A stretch of 64,000 bases of DNA from an uncultured Puniceicoccaceae bacterium (GTDB lineage: Bacteria; Verrucomicrobiota; Verrucomicrobiia; Opitutales; Oceanipulchritudinaceae), in contig CAWVVV010000004.1 of assembly GCA_963933835.1 (NCBI GenBank), forward strand, positions 96,001 through 160,000. Reading direction: 5' to 3'. Numbering within the stretch: position 1 is the stretch's first letter; each line of letters begins with the position of its first letter. A program made the translations under genes and the position numbers. Below, in pieces: positions 40,127 to 49,949 of the stretch. The notes beneath the pieces were generated by a model. The model saw nothing but the letters and a program-made list of their open reading frames with translations. It searched no databases and had not been told where the DNA came from.

Positions 40127-40748
40127 ATGAACAGACTTAAGCTTAACTTCCTAGGGGTGCTGTCATTCAGTTTTCTCACCCTCTATATTCCGAAAATGTC
40201 GGCGGACGAGATGAAGCATCTCGGCGTTGGCGACACGGTTCCCCAAGAGACGATTCAACTAGAGACCGGTGAAAGAGTGAGTCTCCTCGACCACTTAGGT
40301 GGAGAACCAGCAATTCTGATTTTCTACCGAGGTGGATGGTGCCCATTTTGCATCAAGCAACTCGCGCAACTGAACGACATTACCGAGGAGCTTGCCGCCG
40401 AAGGCGTTCAGCTTATCGCCATCAGCACTGATCTCCCGGAAAAGCTCAAAGCCAAAGAGAAGCTCTCAAATCTCGACTACGAGCTTGCCTCAGACAGCAC
40501 GATGGAGCTTTCGCAGGCCTTCGGAATCGTTTAAGGTCGATGACAAAATAGTGGAGAAGTACATCGGCTGGGGTATTGATCTGGAAGGTGATTCCGGTGA
40601 AGACCACCACCTGTTACCGCATCCGTCCGTATTTGTCGTTGATCGTGCTGGTGTCATCAAATTCGCCCACGTAGATGCGAACTATAAAACGCGCCTCTCG
40701 ACCGACGAGGTTTTAGCGGCAGTCAAAACTGTTTCAGGAAATGAGTAG
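40127..40748 (+). pseudogene. AhpC/TSA peroxiredoxin-like protein split by a frameshift
   Basis: FYRGGWCPFC...AFGI in one frame; FKVD...LPHPSVFVVD..GVIKFAHV..NYKTR in another; shift near 40530. Confidence 0.75.
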
Positions 40749-40873
40749 GCGACCTCGGAGAGTCTGTAACCCAATCTTGCGCTTCTTTGGTGTTGGTTAC
40801 AAAGTAACGATAAGTTCACCGAGTTAAGCTGAATTTAGCTCGTCAATGAAGGTCATGAGTAAAGGCTCCCGTC

Positions 40874-42748
40874 ATGCAGTCACCTGCGTCTGAAACTAGC
40901 TCTCGTGCTGAAAAGCGCTTGATCGACCTAGAGGGAGTTCTGCCTCCTGGGTGGATGCGGTCCGCGTGGAGAGGACTCAAGCCACTGCACGAGCCGTTCC
41001 TTAAATTTGAGGAAACGAACCGCGCCTACGATCGCTTATTGGAGCTTTCGAGGAGCTCAGGAACATTCTTCGACCATGGACTAGAGACGATGGACGTCAC
41101 CTATGAGGTGTCCGATGAGGACCGAGAACGCATCCCAAAGGATGGGCCTCTTATAACAGTTTCAAATCATCCTTTTGGTGGCATCGATGGGGTGGCATTG
41201 GGCCATTTACTGACACAGGTGCGAGGCGATGTCCGCATCCTGGCCAACCGCCTCCTTGGTCAGATCGAACCGATAAAGCCGTGGCTCATCGAAGTTGACC
41301 CGTTCGGTGGGGAAGGTTCCGTCAAATCGAATTTAGCCCCTATGCGCCAAGCACTCAAATGGCTGCGTGGAGGTGGATGTTTGCAACTATTTCCGTCGGG
41401 AACCGTTTCGCATCTGCATGCCCGCCGCCGACAGGTAACCGACCCAGAGTGGGTATCGAACCTAGGAGGTCTGATCAAGCGCTCAAAGGCGACAGTCGTT
41501 CCGATCTACTTTGAGGGCTGCAACAGCAATCTATTTCAAGCGCTAGGTCTTGTTCATCCTCGTCTTAGAACGCTCCTCCTTGCGCGCGAGCTGATGAATA
41601 TCCGTGGGCGCTGCCTGCGCATGAGAGTAGGCAATCAGATCTCCGCGAGTCGTCTGGCAAAATTCCAGAGCGACGAGACGATGATGGGGTTCCTGCGATT
41701 GAAGACCTACATTCTGCAGAACCGTGAGCTCCAGTCGCGCACCAGCTTCCGCTTCAACTTCCGTCGACGTTCCGCAGCACGGATGGAACCAATCGCCCAA
41801 GCGGTTGAGCAATCGCTTATTGAACAGGACCTCAAGGCTCTGCCAATCGATCAAAATCTCGTCGAGCAGGGCGATTACAGCGTTTACTACGCACGTGCGA
41901 AACAGATCCCTAACATCCTAGAAGAAATTGGTCGCCTCCGCGAGTTGACCTTCCGGGAAGTGGATGAGGGTACGGGACTGCCCATTGACCTCGATCAATT
42001 CGACCGCGACTACGTCCATCTCTTTCTCTGGAACCGAAAGGCCTCCGAGATCGTCGGGGCCTACCGGATTGGGGCGACGGATGAAATCCTCGATAAGCAA
42101 GGTCCTGCCGGCCTCTACACCACGACGCTCTTTAAGTTTAGACCGGGGGTGCTCAAAGGCCTGAACCCGGCTCTCGAACTGGGTCGCTCTTTTATCATCC
42201 CGAAGTATCAACGGCGCTATGCCTGCCTCAGCCTTATCTGGCGCGGCATCGGTGCTTACGTTGTCCTGAATCCACGCTACAAGACACTTTTCGGTCCCGT
42301 CAGTATTTCGAAGGAGTATCAAAGCCTCTCGAAAAACTTGATCATGACGTATCTCAAGGAGCACAGCTTTGATCCAATTCTGGCCAATCAGGTCAAGGCC
42401 AAGAAGCCACCGCGGTCTCGCTATTTTGGGCGACTCGATCGCCAGTCCTTCAACACTAGTGTAAAGGACATCGAGGATGTATCCGCCCTTATCTCCGAAA
42501 TCGAAGATAAGACGAAGGGCGTTCCAGTCCTTCTCCGGCAGTATCTAAAATTCAGTGCGACGATGCTCAGTTTCAACGTCGATCCAGAGTTCAACGACTG
42601 CATTGATGGCCTCGTCCTCGTCGATCTCTCGAAGACGAGCGAGCGCATCCTTCGGCAATACATGGGGGTTGAAGGTCTAAAAGCATTCTATGCTTACCAC
42701 GAAGTTCGTCTAAGCGAGACGATCGAGATCAGCTCGAACGAGTCCTAG
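40874..42748 (+). CDS. Acyltransferase + GNAT fusion (OlsF-like bifunctional aminolipid synthase)
   Basis: N-terminal NHPFGGIDG and FPSG (PlsC-like); C-terminal IGRLRELTFR...DLDQFD...LELGRSF...FNVDPEFNDCIDGL. Confidence 0.75.
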   Translation: MQSPASETSSRAEKRLIDLEGVLPPGWMRSAWRGLKPLHEPFLKFEETNRAYDRLLELSRSSGTFFDHGLETMDVTYEVSDEDRERIPKDGPLITVSNHPFGGIDGVALGHLLTQVRGDVRILANRLLGQIEPIKPWLIEVDPFGGEGSVKSNLAPMRQALKWLRGGGCLQLFPSGTVSHLHARRRQVTDPEWVSNLGGLIKRSKATVVPIYFEGCNSNLFQALGLVHPRLRTLLLARELMNIRGRCLRMRVGNQISASRLAKFQSDETMMGFLRLKTYILQNRELQSRTSFRFNFRRRSAARMEPIAQAVEQSLIEQDLKALPIDQNLVEQGDYSVYYARAKQIPNILEEIGRLRELTFREVDEGTGLPIDLDQFDRDYVHLFLWNRKASEIVGAYRIGATDEILDKQGPAGLYTTTLFKFRPGVLKGLNPALELGRSFIIPKYQRRYACLSLIWRGIGAYVVLNPRYKTLFGPVSISKEYQSLSKNLIMTYLKEHSFDPILANQVKAKKPPRSRYFGRLDRQSFNTSVKDIEDVSALISEIEDKTKGVPVLLRQYLKFSATMLSFNVDPEFNDCIDGLVLVDLSKTSERILRQYMGVEGLKAFYAYHEVRLSETIEISSNES

Positions 42749-42813
42749 CAAAATCGCCCCGCGCGTGCTTTAGGCTTTCAGTCTGAGTTGAGTTCGTCCT
42801 TCGTTTTCATCCG

Positions 42814-43542
42814 ATGATTATTTATCCCGCGATTGATCTACGAAAATGCCGCGTCGTGCGCCTTGAACAAGGAAGAGCCGATGCTGAAACAGTCTACTTC
42901 ACTGATCCAGCCGAGCCTGCTAAGGCATGGAAAGCGGCCGGCGCAGAGTGGGTGCACGTCGTTGATCTGGATGGGGCTTTTGCGGGTGAAGGTCTGAACC
43001 GCAGCGCGGTGGATAGTATTCTCACGGCGGGAATGAAAGTGCAGCTCGGTGGCGGAATGCGATCACATGAAGCAGTTGAATCTGCGCTCAAGGCCGGTGT
43101 TACGCGCGTTGTTATCGGAACCCGCGCCGCTGAAGATCCGAACTTCGTTGGCGACCTCGTGAAGACTTTTGGTGCTGAACATATCGCCGTCGGTATCGAT
43201 GCGAAAGATGGCTTAGTCGCGATCAAGGGTTGGGTTGAAACAATGCAGCTCGACGCGATCGATCTCGCAAAGAAGGTTGAAGAGCTCGGCTGCCAGACGA
43301 TCATCTACACCGACATCAGCCGTGATGGTATGCTCACGGGACCAAATCTTGAAGCCCAGCGCACGATGCTCGAGTCTGTCAGTTGCCGCATCATCGCTTC
43401 AGGTGGCGTGAGCTACCCGAAGGACCTCGTTGCCCTCAGGGCGCTCGAAAAGGACTGCAACAACCTAGACGGTGTCATCACCGGGAAAGCTGTCTACGAA
43501 GGCCGTATCGACCTCGAAGTAGAACTCAAAGCGAACTCATAG
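42814..43542 (+). CDS. hisA: ProFAR isomerase
   Basis: IYPAIDL, HVVDLDGA, QLGGGMR, YTDISRDGMLTGPN, IASGGV. Confidence 0.95.
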   Translation: MIIYPAIDLRKCRVVRLEQGRADAETVYFTDPAEPAKAWKAAGAEWVHVVDLDGAFAGEGLNRSAVDSILTAGMKVQLGGGMRSHEAVESALKAGVTRVVIGTRAAEDPNFVGDLVKTFGAEHIAVGIDAKDGLVAIKGWVETMQLDAIDLAKKVEELGCQTIIYTDISRDGMLTGPNLEAQRTMLESVSCRIIASGGVSYPKDLVALRALEKDCNNLDGVITGKAVYEGRIDLEVELKANS

Positions 43543-43605
43543 CGGTACCCGAGCGAGTTCCCCAAAAGAAAAGAGTAGCAGAGCCGTCTATCTCTATAAA
43601 ACCAC

Positions 43606-43677
43606 CACTGCGGCCAGCTGAGACAGGCGGCCCTACCATAACCAAAGGTAGGGATGGCTGTCCCGCCATCCGCAGTG
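43606..43677. repeat. Inverted pair of GTAG-type REP-like palindromes
   Basis: CACTGCGG/CCGCAGTG and CCCTACC/GGTAGGG nested inverted repeats; both arms read GGTAGGG-n5-TGTCYC-n-CCGCAGTG. Confidence 0.6.
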
Positions 43678-43715
43678 TTTGTGCTTCGAGCCGTCTGCCG
43701 AAACGCTACTCAGCC

Positions 43716-44926
43716 TTACAGCTCGTCCAGAATATACTCGAGGGGATAGGCCCAGATTTCGCTCAGAGTAGGGTGATACCAGTGCACGCGCACGAGGCTC
43801 TCAATATCAGCGTTGAGTGATACCGCGACAGCCATGGAGTGGATGAGTTCGCCAGCGTCTTTGCCGAGACATTCCGCGCCAAGGAGGAGGCCGGTTTTCT
43901 TGTCCGCCCATGCCTTCACGTATCCGTAATTCGCCTCCATCAGCATCGACTTGCCATGATCGTTGAAAGGGTAGTCAGCCGCGACAACTTCGTAGCCAGC
44001 TTCGCTGCACTCCTCGAGCGTCCTTCCTGCCGTCGCGATCTGCGGATCGGTGAAAACGACCCCAGTGCGGTTTTCGTAGTCTAGCTTTTTGAGATTTAAC
44101 CCATCGACGTTTGGGCGGCGGCCTAAGGCATTGCATACATGCTTGGCGGTAACGCTCTGCTCTTTACCATCCTTTGTGAAATGCGCGGTGAATCCATTAT
44201 CGATACGTTCGATACGTGTGAGTTGGGTATCCGTGATGACCTCCAGTCCGCCATCTCGAAAGGCTTCTTCAATAACCGCACTCGCCTCAGGCGACATCTC
44301 TTTTAGGATCCTCGGACTGCGTTGGATTTGCGTCACCTTTGTCCCCATGCGCTGGAGGAACTGAGCAAGCTCACAAGCGACGATACCGCCACCAAGCATG
44401 ATGACGGATTCAGGCAGGGTATTGAGATCAAGAACACCATCACTCGTCCAAATCCCCTCCAGACCTAAGCCTTCAACGGGTGGTCAATTTACGGTGGAGC
44501 CAGTTGATATAAAAAGGTCTTTGCCGTGATTTTTCGCCCCGACGGCTGAAGCTCGATGGTGTTCTTATCAACAAAGGTAGCGCGTTCGCGGAACAGGGTA
44601 AATCGATCTGATTGTAACTGCTCCTGACGGTAGCTCTTGAAGTCGTCGATCATCCGGACTTTGCGAGCGTGAACCTCTGCCATATCAGCGCTCGCGACAG
44701 GAATTCTAAGACCAAAACGCGCCCCAATTTGCGCCGCGTGAAGAATCTCAGCGCTGTAGATCAGCGTCTTTGATGGCATACATCCGCGCAGTATACAGAG
44801 CCCGCCGAGCTCCACCGAGTCGTCAACAATCGCTACGTGTTCAGACTCTTCTCGCGCCGTGCGTGCCGCCGCGTAACCAGCGCTTCCGCCTCCAATAATT
44901 ACAAAATCGAATTCATCTGCCTGCAT
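43716..44926 (-). pseudogene. Pyridine nucleotide-disulfide oxidoreductase (LpdA/MerA-like), multiply disrupted
   Basis: GGGSAG, GGLCILRGCMPSK, GGGIVACE, YHPTLSE; frameshift near 44510, TGA at 44486-44484, in-frame deletion near 44085. Confidence 0.85.
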
Positions 44927-44997
44927 TCAAAAACGAATGCGCTCACTCTGCTCGAATGGCAAATGCTATACGTATTCTGAGCGGCGAGATATGCGTC

Positions 44998-46032
44998 TTA
45001 GTTCTTCGCCTCGATCAGCCCCCAAGTCGTCTCAGCGCGTTGCTTGAGACCTATGCGGCAGTGATCAACTTCGCTTTCACGAATTTCACGGTTGGTGTTG
45101 GCGATTTTTGAAAGGTCAGCGAGATCATAGAGATAGACCGCTTCTTCTTTTCCGCAGCCAGCATCGACGTCGCGGGGCATCGCGAGGTCAATCAAGAGGA
45201 GGGGGTCGCCATTTCGCTCCGCCATGATGCGCGTGACTTCTTCGGCGAGCAGAAGTGATCCAGGTGACGCCGTAGCAAAGATCGCGACGTCGGCTTTTTC
45301 GAGGACGGTCTTCCATGTATCAAAAGGGACGACTTCACCTACCACTTCAGCAGCGGCGAGACTAGCGGTTTCCTCACGGCGACTCGTGACAGAAATCTGC
45401 TTTAAGCCCCGAGAATGAAGCGCCTTGACCACGTCGCGGCCTACTTCTCCTCCTCCGATGACGAGCGCATGGGATTTCTTCAGTTCTCCAAAGACGCGGG
45501 CGGCGAGATCGACAGCGATGTTCCCAAGGCTGACATGGCCTTGATTGATCGCAGTATGTGTGCGGGCCCACTTGCCCGCTTGAAAGGATTTCTGGAAGAG
45601 CTTGTGGAGGAGGCGGCCCGCCGTTTTACGATCGCAGGCTTCAGCGTAGGCATCCTTCACTTGCCCAAAGATTTCCGTTTCGCCGATGAGCTGCGATTTG
45701 AGTCCCGCTGCGACTTCGAAGAGGTGCTGAACAACAGACTGCCCTTCGAGGGTATAGACGTGTGGGCGAAAAGTCTCCTCGGGTGTCTGGGTCGCGGCAG
45801 CAATTTTTCCGGCGAGAAGATCTGTTTTTGCTGTTTCGCCAACGGCGTAAATCTCTAGCCGATTACAGGTGTGCAAGACCGCCACTTCTCCAAGTTCACT
45901 CTGAGTTTGAAGGTCGCCGTAGAGCTGGCGGAGGGCCGCTGTGTCGAGGTTGAGCTTCTCGCGCAATTCGAGGGGGGCACTTTCGTGACTACAGCCAACC
46001 AAGTGCAAATGCTGGGTATTCGACGGGCTCAT
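44998..46032 (-). CDS. hemA: Glutamyl-tRNA reductase (short form)
   Basis: HTCNRLEIY, GETEIFGQVK, IGGGEVG, IDLAMPRDVD. Confidence 0.92.
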   Translation of the reverse strand: MSPSNTQHLHLVGCSHESAPLELREKLNLDTAALRQLYGDLQTQSELGEVAVLHTCNRLEIYAVGETAKTDLLAGKIAAATQTPEETFRPHVYTLEGQSVVQHLFEVAAGLKSQLIGETEIFGQVKDAYAEACDRKTAGRLLHKLFQKSFQAGKWARTHTAINQGHVSLGNIAVDLAARVFGELKKSHALVIGGGEVGRDVVKALHSRGLKQISVTSRREETASLAAAEVVGEVVPFDTWKTVLEKADVAIFATASPGSLLLAEEVTRIMAERNGDPLLLIDLAMPRDVDAGCGKEEAVYLYDLADLSKIANTNREIRESEVDHCRIGLKQRAETTWGLIEAKN

Positions 46033-46865
46033 CGGGCGCTTAGGCTGGAAGGCTCGTCGAGAGGCTCAGGGGATCTTTGCACAATCGCTAATGTAGCTAG
46101 AGCAAAGGCAAAAAGGATGAGGGCGCTCCAAGCGAAACGCTTGCCCCGCAGTTTCTTCAAAATGCGAAGAATAGCTAAAACGACGTAGGCGATCCATAGA
46201 ACGATCGTTATCTTCAACTTGGCCGTGGTGACGTCGCCATGTTCACTGAGCCAGTGAACAGAGCCTATAACCATCGCAAAAGAAAACACACTGGCTCCAA
46301 CGATCGCTAGACGCTGATTGACCGTGTCGAGCTGAATCACAGAGGGAAGATGGGTATAGATGCCTTGGACCTGCTTTCGCTTCAGACCGTAGTTCTGAAG
46401 CAAATACATCGCCGAAGTTGCGGCGAGCAGTCCGAAGACTCCGTAGCTGAAAAGCGCGAGTGCGGCATGGGACTCAATCCAGGGGTTTCCGCCAAAGAGG
46501 CTCGGATGATCGTAGTCCCAGGTTGGAATAACGACCGAGATCAGACTCAAGATTGCCGAGACGCCCGCCGCGAAAACACCGAGCAAACTCATGCGAAAGA
46601 TTGACCCCGCCAAAAAATAGACAGCCATGGTTGACCAGCTGATAAACTGGAGCACCTCAAAGGGGTTGCCAATAGGACAGCTCCGCACCTCTAGCCCGCG
46701 CCAGTAGAGCCCGATAGACTGCAGGACAAAACCGATCGCAAGGACACCTGCCACCAGCGAAGCCGACGTTTCATGCCGCTTCTTTGAAAGGTTCAGCAGC
46801 GTAATTAGAAGGGCCGTCGTGTATACCCCTGCTCCGAGGAGCATCCACCAGCGATCATCAAACAT
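46029..46865 (-). CDS. Cytochrome c assembly protein family (CcsA/HemX-like)
   Basis: About 8 TMs, conserved His (WIESHAAL), LPS...LD motif; between hemH and hemA. Confidence 0.8.
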   Translation of the reverse strand: MFDDRWWMLLGAGVYTTALLITLLNLSKKRHETSASLVAGVLAIGFVLQSIGLYWRGLEVRSCPIGNPFEVLQFISWSTMAVYFLAGSIFRMSLLGVFAAGVSAILSLISVVIPTWDYDHPSLFGGNPWIESHAALALFSYGVFGLLAATSAMYLLQNYGLKRKQVQGIYTHLPSVIQLDTVNQRLAIVGASVFSFAMVIGSVHWLSEHGDVTTAKLKITIVLWIAYVVLAILRILKKLRGKRFAWSALILFAFALATLAIVQRSPEPLDEPSSLSAR

Positions 46866-46874
46866 ACAGACTTC

Positions 46875-47930
46875 TTAGGCGAGCGGAGCACGCTCTGGCG
46901 AGGACTGTTCTGCCGATTCTTTAGTCCAATCCTGAACGCGTTGATGGAGGAATTGTATCCAGCCGGGGTGTTCGTTGAGGCAGGGGATCTGCTCAAAGGA
47001 TTCTCCGCCGGCATCGATAAACTCCTCTTTAACGCCTTCGGCGATTTCTTCGAGGGTTTCAAGGCAGTCTGTAACGAATGCGGGGCAGATCACCTTAATC
47101 TTTTTCACCCCTTCAGCGGCGAGGCGTCGGATGGTCGCGTCGGAGGGTGGCATCAGCCATGGATCCCTCCCGAGGCGGCTTTGAAAGCTCATGATCCAGC
47201 GATCTTCAGGTAGTCCAAGACGTTCCGCGAGGGCTTCGGCGGTGAAAAGGCATTGATGACGGTAGCAAGTAGCGTGGGCCGGATTCGCCACGTGACAGCA
47301 GTCCTTGGTCAAGAGGCAGTGTGAATGGGATGGATCGGATAGCTTCACATGACGCTCGGGAATACCATGAAAACTGATCACGAGTTTCTCGACCGAGTCG
47401 TCGATGTATCCGCGGGCACTTTCAGCCAAGACGTCCAGATAGTCAGCCTCCTTGTAGAAGGGCTGAAGGGTGTCTACTTTCAGATCTGGAAAACGCTCAC
47501 GAACAACCTCCATGACGCGCACAACAACGGTTTCGTAGCTCGACATCGCATATTGAGGGTAGAGCGGAACCAAAAAGACTTCATCGACCCCATCCTTCAC
47601 CATTCGCTCCAAGATATCCGGAATCGAAGGGTCTCCATAGCGCATCGCGAGGTAGATTTCGCAGTCCGACCTTTCCTGCAGAAGCTGCTGTTGCTTTACG
47701 CTGGTGGCGACAAGGGGGGAGCCTTCTTCAGTCCAGATGGTGGAATAGGCTTCGGCGGATTTCTTCGGTCGCGTGTTGAGAATAATCGCCGGAACGACGA
47801 ATTTGCGGACGAAAGGGAGGTCGATTACACGCTCGTCGGTTAGGAACTCAGCGAGGTAGCGTTTTACGTCTGCTACATCTGTAGAATCAGGAGAGCCAAG
47901 GTTGACCAGTAAGACTGCTTGTTTTGACAT
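46875..47930 (-). CDS. hemH: Ferrochelatase
   Basis: LVNLGSP, MRYGDP, PLYPQYA, SFHGIP, FQSRLG, FVTDCLETLEE. Confidence 0.96.
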   Translation of the reverse strand: MSKQAVLLVNLGSPDSTDVADVKRYLAEFLTDERVIDLPFVRKFVVPAIILNTRPKKSAEAYSTIWTEEGSPLVATSVKQQQLLQERSDCEIYLAMRYGDPSIPDILERMVKDGVDEVFLVPLYPQYAMSSYETVVVRVMEVVRERFPDLKVDTLQPFYKEADYLDVLAESARGYIDDSVEKLVISFHGIPERHVKLSDPSHSHCLLTKDCCHVANPAHATCYRHQCLFTAEALAERLGLPEDRWIMSFQSRLGRDPWLMPPSDATIRRLAAEGVKKIKVICPAFVTDCLETLEEIAEGVKEEFIDAGGESFEQIPCLNEHPGWIQFLHQRVQDWTKESAEQSSPERAPLA

Positions 47931-48003
47931 TGTGCGACGGTTCCTCTTCTCCGCATCTTCGTCAACTTTCTAGAACAATTTCCTTTAGCCGATTTCTCCG
48001 GGC

Positions 48004-48567
48004 ATGGTCCTACTCATCGATAACTACGATTCGTTCACGTATAACCTGTATCAATACTACCTCAAAACTGGGGTGGATTGTCAGGTGCTGCGCAATGACG
48101 TGGTAGAAATTGGCGCGCTGGCAGCGATGAATCCTCAACTGATCGTCATTTCTCCGGGGCCGGGTGGACCAGAGGCGACGGGACGTTGTTTGGAGATCAT
48201 TGAACGCTACGGCGGGCAGATCCCTATTTTTGGCGTTTGCCTGGGGCTGCAGACCCTAGCCTCAGCGGCGGGTGCGAGCATAATTAAGGCGAGGGCGCCG
48301 GTTCACGGGAAACTTTCCAAAATCGAGCACGATGAGCAGGGCGTTTTTGCAAACGTACCAAGTCCGTTTCAGGTAACCCGTTATAACTCACTCGTTGTCG
48401 ATCCAGAGACTGTTCCGGTTGATTGGTCGGTGAGTGCACGGAGTTCGGATGGCGAGATTATGGGAATGCGACAGGAGGCCTTGCGCATTGAAGGGGTACA
48501 ATTTCACCCAGAGGCACTTTTAACCGAGCATGGACATCCGATTGTGGAGAACTCTCTAAAACTTTAG
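48004..48567 (+). CDS. pabA: Aminodeoxychorismate synthase glutamine amidotransferase subunit
   Basis: IDNYDSFTYNL, SPGPG, GVCLG, QFHPE; folate operon context. Confidence 0.88.
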   Translation: MVLLIDNYDSFTYNLYQYYLKTGVDCQVLRNDVVEIGALAAMNPQLIVISPGPGGPEATGRCLEIIERYGGQIPIFGVCLGLQTLASAAGASIIKARAPVHGKLSKIEHDEQGVFANVPSPFQVTRYNSLVVDPETVPVDWSVSARSSDGEIMGMRQEALRIEGVQFHPEALLTEHGHPIVENSLKL

Positions 48568-49949
48568 TGATGGAGATGCGTCGAATCAGATGGGTGGGTA
48601 ATGCAGATGCGCTGGTCCGGGCCGTAACGCAGCTGCCGGACGGATTCGTCCTTGAAAGTTCACTACAAGCCAATGGTCTGGGTCGGTTTTCCTTCGCAGG
48701 GTATGGCCCCCTGAGCGAATTTATTTATCGGGTTGAAGACTCGAAAGCGGGTGAACTTGACCCGTTGAAGGCGCTCGAGTCGTGGTTTGCTCAGTATCAG
48801 ACGAATGAGGAGCTCGAACGTTTTCCCTTCACCGGTGGGGCGGTTGGGTTTCTTGCCTACGAGGCCGCTGTCGGATGGATACCAAAGGTTGAGATGTTAA
48901 ATATCGATCCGCGCATTCCGCTCATCGAGTTTAAGGCCTACGACGGTGTCTTCGCTTACGACCACGAAGATGGATCGCTTCATATCCTCGCTCATGGATG
49001 GGAAGAGCCTGCGGCCGATATCCTTGATCGACTAGAGATCTTCGCAAAAAACGCCCAGATTTCGAAGCCCCCGCGCGCAATGACGAAGCTGGCACTCGGG
49101 GAGGCCGTTTCTAATTTCACACTGGAAAGCTATAGTGCGGCTGTCGAGAAGGCGCGTGGCTACATTCGCGAAGGTGAAGTGTATCAGGTTAATCTCGCGC
49201 AGCGCTTTGAGATCAATGCCGCAGGCGCTACAGCATTCGACATCTACGAGCGTTTCCGTTCGACGACTCAAGCCCCTTACAGCGCTTGTCTTCCATTCGA
49301 GGGTGGGCATTTGCTTTCCTGCTCACCGGAACAACTTCTATGCCGAACTGGCCGCCGATTAACAAGTCGGCCGATTAAAGGGACAAGGCCGCGTGGGACA
49401 TCAGCCGAAAACAATGCAGCACAGAGAAAGGAACTCTCTACCTCGGAAAAAGACCGCGCCGAGCTGCTCATGATTGTTGATCTCGTGCGCAACGATCTCG
49501 GACGTATCGCCGAGACAGGATCCGTTGAAGTCTCGGGGCTATTCAATCTGGAGACTTACCCAAGCGTCTTTCATCAAACAGCACGTGTCAGTGCACTCGC
49601 CGCTGAAGGGGTCGGATTGGCAGACTGTATAGAAGCGCTTTTCCCCGGGGGCTCCATTACCGGCGCGCCGAAACTCCGCGCCATGCAGATCATTAATGAG
49701 CTAGAAAATACGCCCCGCGGAGCATATACGGGTGCGATTGGCTGGCTCGATCCGAGCGGTAACTTTGAGTTTAATATCGCGATTCGCACCGCGACACTGA
49801 TCGACGACTGCCTTTCCTATCACGCTGGAGCGGGGATCGTATGGGACTCCAATGCTGCAATGGAGTATACTGAAACACTCGATAAGGCGGCGGGCTTTTT
49901 TCGTGCTCTTGATCTCTCTTTTCCTCTTACTTCAGGAGATCTAAGATGA
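48567..49949 (+). CDS. pabB: Aminodeoxychorismate synthase component I
   Basis: YQVNLAQR, SPE, PIKGTRPR, AELLMIVDLVRNDLG, FPGGSITGAPK. Confidence 0.9.
   Translation: MMEMRRIRWVGNADALVRAVTQLPDGFVLESSLQANGLGRFSFAGYGPLSEFIYRVEDSKAGELDPLKALESWFAQYQTNEELERFPFTGGAVGFLAYEAAVGWIPKVEMLNIDPRIPLIEFKAYDGVFAYDHEDGSLHILAHGWEEPAADILDRLEIFAKNAQISKPPRAMTKLALGEAVSNFTLESYSAAVEKARGYIREGEVYQVNLAQRFEINAAGATAFDIYERFRSTTQAPYSACLPFEGGHLLSCSPEQLLCRTGRRLTSRPIKGTRPRGTSAENNAAQRKELSTSEKDRAELLMIVDLVRNDLGRIAETGSVEVSGLFNLETYPSVFHQTARVSALAAEGVGLADCIEALFPGGSITGAPKLRAMQIINELENTPRGAYTGAIGWLDPSGNFEFNIAIRTATLIDDCLSYHAGAGIVWDSNAAMEYTETLDKAAGFFRALDLSFPLTSGDLR

Noticed and set aside
40765..40820. TGTAACC/GGTTACA inverted repeat and GTTAC/GTAAC repeats upstream of the OlsF-like gene as a Pho box
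   Set aside because: Spacing is not the 11-bp period; too weak to call.
39651..44486. Stop-codon recoding (TAG 39651, TGA 44484) or an alternative genetic code
   Set aside because: Both genes also carry frameshifts, and TAG/TGA terminate many intact genes in this window.
44998..46032. HemA shorter than the E. coli enzyme as another truncation
   Set aside because: Catalytic and NADPH-binding motifs are intact, it ends cleanly, and short HemA forms are plausible in this group.
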